Shown here piece after piece: positions 60,420 to 64,000 of a stretch of DNA of 64,000 nucleotides; position 1 is the stretch's first letter; each line of letters begins with the position of its first letter. Source of the DNA: Orbicella franksi (taxonomy: Eukaryota); contig OZ116698.1 of the NCBI GenBank assembly GCA_964199315.1, positions 19,096,001 to 19,160,000 of the forward strand. The letters run 5' to 3'. Position numbers and translations under genes: made by a program. The notes beneath the pieces were generated by a model. That model did no database searches. It was not told where the DNA came from and worked only from the letters and a program-made list of their open reading frames with translations.

Positions 60420-63400
60420 TAGGCATCACCCTCGTCAGCCGTTGACCAGGAACTATGGTAGTGTCGGCGGCTAGTAACGGGACTACAGTTCCTGGCGCCG
60501 CCAGCGGCAGATGCCACTGGGTGATGCCTGGTCAGGCGTAATAGCAGCAAGCGTGTGGTGTATGCACAAGGAGAGTCCAGGCAGCAGAGAACTTTACTGG
60601 ATGCAGTTTAATAAGATATTGTGATCAGCGCAGATTTAGGCACTGCGCGATGACTGCCAGATCCAGCTGGATGCTGCCTCTGCTTCTTCTTGAAGAGCCT
60701 TGATTGTTGCTCGGAGAGCTTTCGTTGGGAGTCCGATGTTTGACAGGAAGGACCTGGTCGATCTTGCAATGAAGCCGCGGCAACCGACTTCGACGGGTAC
60801 AACACTGCAGGCCCAGCCACGATCTTCACAGCTAGCACGGAGAGGCTCGTAACGGGTTCTCTTGCGTTCGTTAGCAAAGTCAAAGTTCCCTTCCCAAGGC
60901 ACAGTTAGTTCGACCAGATACACGCATTTACGGGAGTCGGACCAGATTACGATGTCTGGGCGCATTGTTGTGATGGCAATGTGACATGGAAAATGCAGGG
61001 CTGTAGATAGATCAGCCAGCATTTGCCAGTCTTGGGCACCCTTAAGTAGCCTCCGCTGTTTCGCTCTCTTCACAGCGGCTGGTTGGGGCTGCTCACCTTC
61101 CCTGTGGAACTTGATGCCTTGATTTGTCACCTCCTTAACTGGTGCCTTATTAGTGCTGGCGCATTGGTCCTGTGTGGCTTCGGCTATAACCCGCAACACT
61201 CTGTTGTGCCTCCAGGTGTGCTTCTGAAGTGACTTATTGCAAGCCGTTAACACATGCTCTAGGGTAGCACGCGTTTGGTTGCACGCGCGGCTAATGTCGT
61301 CGTCGATAATACCCCACTGTTTGAGGTTTGTAGGCGTAGGAAGGAGGTCGTACGTAGACCTCAGTAGGAAGCTGATCCTCAGTGGCTCCATCTGGGCAAG
61401 GGTGGGCCAGCTGAGTTTTCTCTGTTCTGCCTCTTTCCAGCACGACCAAGCACACTGTTTAGCGAACCCGGCTGCTGTAGCTGATCTTTTTTCTTCGTAG
61501 ATGGCGCGTACCTCCTCGATGACCGTCTCACGACGGCCTTTCAGGGCTCGAAATTAAAAAAATCGTGAGGTCGCCTTTTGGCGACCAACTGGAGAAATTT
61601 AGTCGCCAGATGCAAATTTTTAGTCGCCAGTTTGTATAATCAAAAGAATATTACTTTTGGGGCTGGTTGAAAGTGTTTAATCTTGCTTAACTTCATCATC
61701 CGGTTTCTGGTCGCGTGGAACTCACTCACACAAGTAATTACGAAAATACGAGGACAAAAAACTAACATAGTTATACAAAACAATCTTACCCAAACTTAAT
61801 AAGTAAATAAGAGTTTCTAACCGCTATCTTTGTAGCTTACGGGAGCCAAACACGACTGTATGGAGATAGCACGTACGAAGGAATCAACATGGCCGATTCC
61901 ATTCATTACCAGATCTCCTCTTTGTAAGGACACCGCTTGCCACTGAAACAAAGGCGCAGTAAATGACGCAGATCTTTTATGGTGCGATCCATCAGATTTG
62001 TGATTGAACGTTTGTTTGATTTGTGTTCTCTTGGAAACCGGCGGAAACCCAAGCGGAAACCCCGTGAATATGTGAAAATCAAACACTTCGTTCCAGCGGT
62101 CGTTTTGCAAAATTCTGCGCCCGCGGTACCAAGGGAATGGCGTCGAAAATATCGCGGACAGAAGTTGGTAGAATTTGGCCCGTTTTTTTTTTACGACGAA
62201 AGCAAAGCAAGACGAGACAAAATGTTTGTTTTACCTTTAATCTTCTAATTTAAATCTAAATCATAGAAAAATCTGGTCGCCACATTGGCGACTAAACCAG
62301 AATTTTTAGTCGCCAAAGAGAGAATGTTAGTCGCATTGGCGACCGTATCGGTCGCAATTTCGAGCCCTGCCTTTTGGACCCTGCGTAGAGAACCAGCGAT
62401 GTACGTTATTACCCAGACCAGCTCTACTATCTTGCACCGCACCTACGATGTCCTTAGTTCGAAGGCTGGCTTCTGCTTCAGTCACGGCCTGTTCAGCAGT
62501 CCATTTCCGGCCAGATTTCACCACGGGTTGTACCTCGCGGATTACTTGGTCAGGCGAATCCCGGAGCATCATGTGGAGACGCACCTTGCCAGCCTTAAAT
62601 TCATCCACAACGGAAGAAAGTGGTAGCTGTACCTTTGCCGAACGGCTGTACAGCCCGACAGTTGCAAAGCTGGGAGGGATCCTTAGCCATTTTCTGAGGC
62701 ATTTGTTGACGTGCCGTTGGATTGCTTCAACACGAGTGAGTGTTACCTCGTAAATCTGTAGCGGCCAAAGAAGGAGAGGAAGGAGGTCATGCTGGAAAAT
62801 CAATGCCTTCAGCTTTCCAGGGAGATCTGTCTCATTGATGGCTATTAAACCTTCCTTTGCAGTCTTCTCAATTTCGGTACCGCGATGGCGGTCAGTAAGT
62901 GGGATGGTATACCACCGGCCGAGACTCTTTACAGGTTGTTCTTTAACGGTTGGAATCTGGTCGCCACCAATGGAGAAGTGGATTTCTTTGACTTGTCCGT
63001 GCACGATGGAGAGACTGCGGCATTTCTTAGGCTTGGCTTTCATACGGCACCATTCAAAAAGTTCATTCAGGCGCTGAAGGAGGAGCTCTGTCCCAGTCCT
63101 GGATTCAGTAAGAGTTGTAATATCGTCCATAAACGCTTTCATTGGTGGTAGCACTATGCCTCCATCCACTATCTCCCCCTCAGTTGCATCTTTGGCTCCC
63201 CGTAACAGCATCTCCATACACATGATGAACAGGAGTGGAGAGATGACGCAGTCCATCATGATGCCAATCTCCAACGATTGCCAGTTGGTTGTGTAGCGCT
63301 GGGTAGTAAAGCGCATGAAGGCTGAGTCGAAGTACTTTTGCAGGAGCACCTTGATCTTTCCTGGGATGTAAAAGAAGTCGAGGGAACGATAGATCAGGTC

Positions 63401-63932
63401 ATGGGGGACTGATCCGTAGGCATTGGCGAGGTCAAGCCAGACCACATGCAGTTCACTTTTGTCTTGCTTGGCCGTCCGGATAGAGTTCCAGATCATTTGA
63501 GCATGCTCCAGGCATCCACGGAACCCTGGGATACCGGCTTTCTGCACAAAGGTATCAATAAGCCCATTGTCCATGAAGAAGTTTGTCATTCGGCGAGCGA
63601 TAACGCCAAGGAAGATCTTGCCCTCTACGTTAAGCAGCGAAATCGGGCGAGAGTTGCCAATGCCAACTGAGTTCTTCTCTTTGGGGATTTGGATACCATC
63701 CGCGAGGCACCAGTCTTGAGGTATCAGGTCCTCTTTCCAGGCCCGTTGCAGGAGGACCGTGAGCTCGCCAAGCACGAGCGGACAGTTCTTATACAGCTTG
63801 TAGGATAAGCCATTCATGCCAGGAGCACTCTTGGTACGGGCTTTCCGCACGAACTCACGAACTTCTTTCGCTTTGAGGTTGGACATATCAAAGGCTACAC
63901 CTGGTGGGGCTGGCCTCGTCATGCTGGCCTCG
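60420..63932 (-). mobile_element. 5'-truncated non-LTR retrotransposon with RT plus restriction-like endonuclease (R2 superfamily, probably Hero/NeSL clade); 817-aa ORF (63922 to 60636) split by an 828-bp insertion
   Basis: RT motifs QKAGIPGFRGCLEH, WLDLANAYGSVPH, GIMMDCVISPLLF, FMDD. Degenerate zinc knuckle (SRAC...HVLTAC), WRHNRVL, RLE motif RPDIVIW...ELTVPWE...ERKRTRY. Removing the insert and one TSD copy restores a continuous frame (QGPKG|RRETVIEEV...QMEPLR). The 3' UTR boundary is approximate. Confidence 0.9.
61542..62369. mobile_element. Non-autonomous DNA transposon, 828 bp, 14-bp TIR CAGGGCTCGAAATT, 5-bp TSD CCTTT (hAT5-like)
   Basis: TIRs at 61542..61555 and 62356..62369; CCTTT at 61537..61541 and 62370..62374; multiple subterminal TAGTCGCCA/TGGCGAC repeats at both ends; no transposase ORF. 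Confidence 0.9.
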
Positions 63933-64000
63933 AAAATTTGCTGTGAACTTTTTTTGTGAAACTAGTGAAATCGGCCATACGGTTTTAACGAAACAACAAC

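Noticed and set aside
60400-60445. Hammerhead in the retrotransposon 3' UTR (CTGACGAG on the minus strand)
   Set aside because: No correctly spaced GAAA or NUH with matching stems.
59146-64000. RAD50 truncated by the retrotransposon
   Set aside because: Exon 31 ends in a good GTAAGT donor and the inserts are antisense; the missing ~340 codons most likely lie past the window, which cannot be checked here.

Overview
Intron-rich animal genomic DNA. A stony coral or other cnidarian is inferred from the repeat families and a PRRT3/4-type 7TM remnant. I rebuilt six protein-coding genes by walking GT-AG junctions and checking reading phase. (1) Minus strand, 14 exons, 2063 aa: an LRP-like receptor with three YWTD propeller-EGF modules, a ~320-aa (Ser-Pro)n stalk, an EGF, an unassigned juxtamembrane domain, one TM helix and a ~440-aa tail; it has no LDLa repeats. 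(2,3) Two tandem GPI-anchored Ly6/uPAR (three-finger) genes with 12 Cys each. (4) ITPA, 8 exons. (5) A CISD3-like protein with two CDGSH motifs. (6) The first 31 exons (966 codons) of RAD50, head-to-head with the CISD3-like gene and continuing past the window. RAD50 introns hold a two-gene DNA transposon remnant, a tRNA-bearing short retroelement, a Penelope-type insertion with a sense-strand minimal hammerhead ribozyme about 80 nt before a 3' splice site, and a nested set (7TM pseudogene; RT-RLE retrotransposon; 828-bp TIR element with 5-bp TSD). Also present: a 1.4-kb tandem duplication, many MITEs, microsatellites and a 350-N gap. No database searches were run, so transposon family names come from recalled motifs and are hedged.
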